DNA from: Octopus sinensis
Lineage: Eukaryota
NCBI RefSeq assembly: GCF_006345805.1
Contig: NW_021832126.1
Span: 248,001-312,000 of the forward strand
Direction: 5' to 3'
Length of the DNA: 64,000 nucleotides
The first letter of the stretch is position 1. Every line of letters begins with the position of its first letter. Under the pieces are notes generated by a model. It was given only the letters and a program-made list of their open reading frames with translations. It was not told where the DNA came from and made no database searches. The position numbers were made by a program, and so were the translations under genes. Positions 61,735-64,000 of the stretch are shown here, in pieces.

Positions 61735-64000
61735 TTAATCAGCTTTTACACTTATGAGAGAGGCCTCGTATTGCCTCCGCAGTTCTTTGAGGTATTCCCT
61801 CATTGCTGTCTCGTCCAACTGAGACTTTCCCTCGCAAATTTCGAGGAGTTTCAATGACAGTCTCATCTTTGCCCTTTTTTCAACCACATTTGATAATCCC
61901 GATAAATTTGGCAAATTCTTAAAAATCAACAATTCAAATACTCTTGAATCGATTATATTTTTTGAAAATTCCCGCGCTTTTTCAATAATTTCCCGCGGTA
62001 GACTGATAGTGGAGGCCAAGTCGATTCCATAATCAGAGGAAGTGACTCGTCCTTTCTCAATAACATACTTATAGATGAGAGAAGGTCTTCCGTGTTCTTT
62101 GATGGCCTTAAAGTGATAACTTGGAGTTTATTGATCGAAATACTTTTCAACATAAGGACAAATGTCTTCCAGTAGACAGATTTCTTCAAAGTGTGCCGCA
62201 ATCATTACAAAGCACTGCCCTATTACGTAATATTTACTTTTATTGAGACAAACTCTTCCAAAATGGCCACACAAATGCTGGCTCCAGCCAATGGGTCAGT
62301 GGCTGTGTTTTAACAATGAGTGAATACCACAGCACAGTTCATCAATAAACAAAGCGGATGTGTGATTAGATGACTTAAGCAGGCATGCAATATCATTCAT
62401 CTGTGCAATTAATTACTATAATGACGTCATTTTGAAATGTAGAACGAGCTAAATTGTCATCAGATCTGCCATAGTGGAAGAATATTCTATCAGCTAATTT
62501 AAAACAGGCGTATTCCGCTGGTACAAATGACCCAATTTGTGCCATAATTTGAAGAAGAGCCACCTGTCTGAGATACGTGGTCTTGCCACTCTGTGTCTTA
62601 ATAAATATAAATACCATATTAAACCCAGTTATGATCTGTATTCTATTCCTCTGAGTAATATACTACAATATATATAAATACATACAGTGTGATTAGAAAT
62701 TAGTTTGTCGCCTTCTAGACGGTCCAGAATGGGATGTCGACCACACTTGACCACAGTAGAAGAAGAGAACTCAGGTCGGACTGGAATAACCCAAGCAAGT
62801 ACTGTAGTCAGACAGAGTGGAGGCATGGGCAAGCGAATAAAGAAGATCCATCTCAGCCACGGTCTCTACCAGTTCATATAGACAGCCTAAATGTGGACGA
62901 ATATCTTCTATAGTGGGGACAATCACACTGGTTTAATACTATCAGGCTATACTTTAGACTTTGAATATATCTTTCATTAATTGCTTCTCTTAGACGGACA
63001 TTCATTTTCATTAAATCGACTGTACTGCACGTTATTGAGTTTTTTTTCACATAAACTTTCACAAAAATACGAGGAAGGTCGATTGGGGGTGAAAACTGAA
63101 TATAATGTCCTCTACTTTCACTGTAGTGTAATCTGTGGCCTGACAGATCCCATTCGGCCATCAAACAGTCCACATATTCTCGAATATCCTGAGAAATCTC
63201 TTCACACGTTTTGTGAGTCACATCAAACATGACATCCAAATTGGCCTTCACTTTTAATGGCTCGTCTCCTCCTTCTTCTAATATTTTTTCGAGGGATTTT
63301 CCAATCAGTTCAAATCCCTCATTTTTTAAGACTTTTTTGTGTTCTTGGAGGATTTCTTCCCTTGAAATATTCCCCAAACATTCCTCCAGTCTTGGAAGGA
63401 AACTTAAAGCCACTTTTAGCCCTTTTAAACAACCGAAAAGTGCCTTTGCCAATTTGACTTTATCCTTACTAATAGACCTAGTAACAATAGTGGAAATAAT
63501 TTGTTCGAGTGGCCTAAATTTGGGCAGAATTTCTTGAAGAGAAAAGAAGACAGTCTGATTATGAGACAACTCCTCGACCACATCTTGTCTCTTTATAAGA
63601 ATAGAATAATCAGGTGTTGGCTGAAGGATGTTAGCCTTAAGAAGTCTTTGTCCTGAAATAGTCCTGGTATGATTGAGGACTCTGAACAGACTGGGACCCC
63701 TATCCCCGTCCTTTAATGAATACAGCAATTCTAAATTCCTGGCTGTATGACAGTCTGAGTGTCTATTAGGAGTGTTTACCGATAAGAGTAGTGCCTTCTA
63801 CTGATTTGTAGGTCACTTTTAGAGAAGAACGAGCAAAGGCTGTGTTGTGGACAGAGTTGAGGAAGCTTAGAAGAGCACAGGTGGATGCCAGGGCATAATA
63901 TTTGTCCTCAATTTGGTCTTGGATATGAGCACTCTCCTGAATGGCTAAATCTTTGATCATTTCGTATCCTTTTGTGTCAGAAAAGAAGGATCTGTCTACA
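61735..64000 (-). CDS. MSH4: MutS homolog 4 (meiotic); 5' end lies beyond the window
   Basis: [12 protein letters not shown]...[26 protein letters not shown]...[32 protein letters not shown]. 25-nt intron at 63755-63779. Confidence 0.9.

Noticed and set aside
1-64000. tRNA, rRNA, snRNA or spliced-leader RNA genes
   Set aside because: No diagnostic motifs (U1, U2, U5, U6 signatures or tRNA T-loop) were seen by eye; a covariance-model scan is needed to exclude them.

Overview
Eukaryotic, AT-rich genomic window with compact genes split by 25-29 nt introns. This suggests a reduced metazoan parasite such as a myxozoan or dicyemid, but the taxon is inferred and not resolved. Host genes: SRRT/ARS2, dynein light chain LC8, a TRRAP/Tra1 locus covering only the HEAT+FAT part, a SorCS-like VPS10 receptor, FAM50/XAP5, MSH4 and two hypothetical genes. 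Much of the rest is transposable-element sequence: Buster- and Ac-type hATs with verified 8-bp TSDs, three pogo/Tigger elements with TA TSDs, a Helitron, CRE-like (REL-type), RTE and other LINE fragments, an integrase-only element, and a 4.4-kb 41/37-bp satellite. Main leads: (1) an apparently intact Tigger-like element, carrying its own 29-nt intron, sits inside a TRRAP coding exon, and its TIR offers an in-phase splice donor that could remove it from the mRNA; (2) a twin-priming-type inversion in a CRE-like retroelement; (3) a satellite made of NF-kB/Rel-like sites; (4) two consecutive GC-AG micro-introns in ARS2. Element termini, TSDs and the introns named were read base by base. Other boundaries are approximate, and family calls come from remembered motifs, not database searches.
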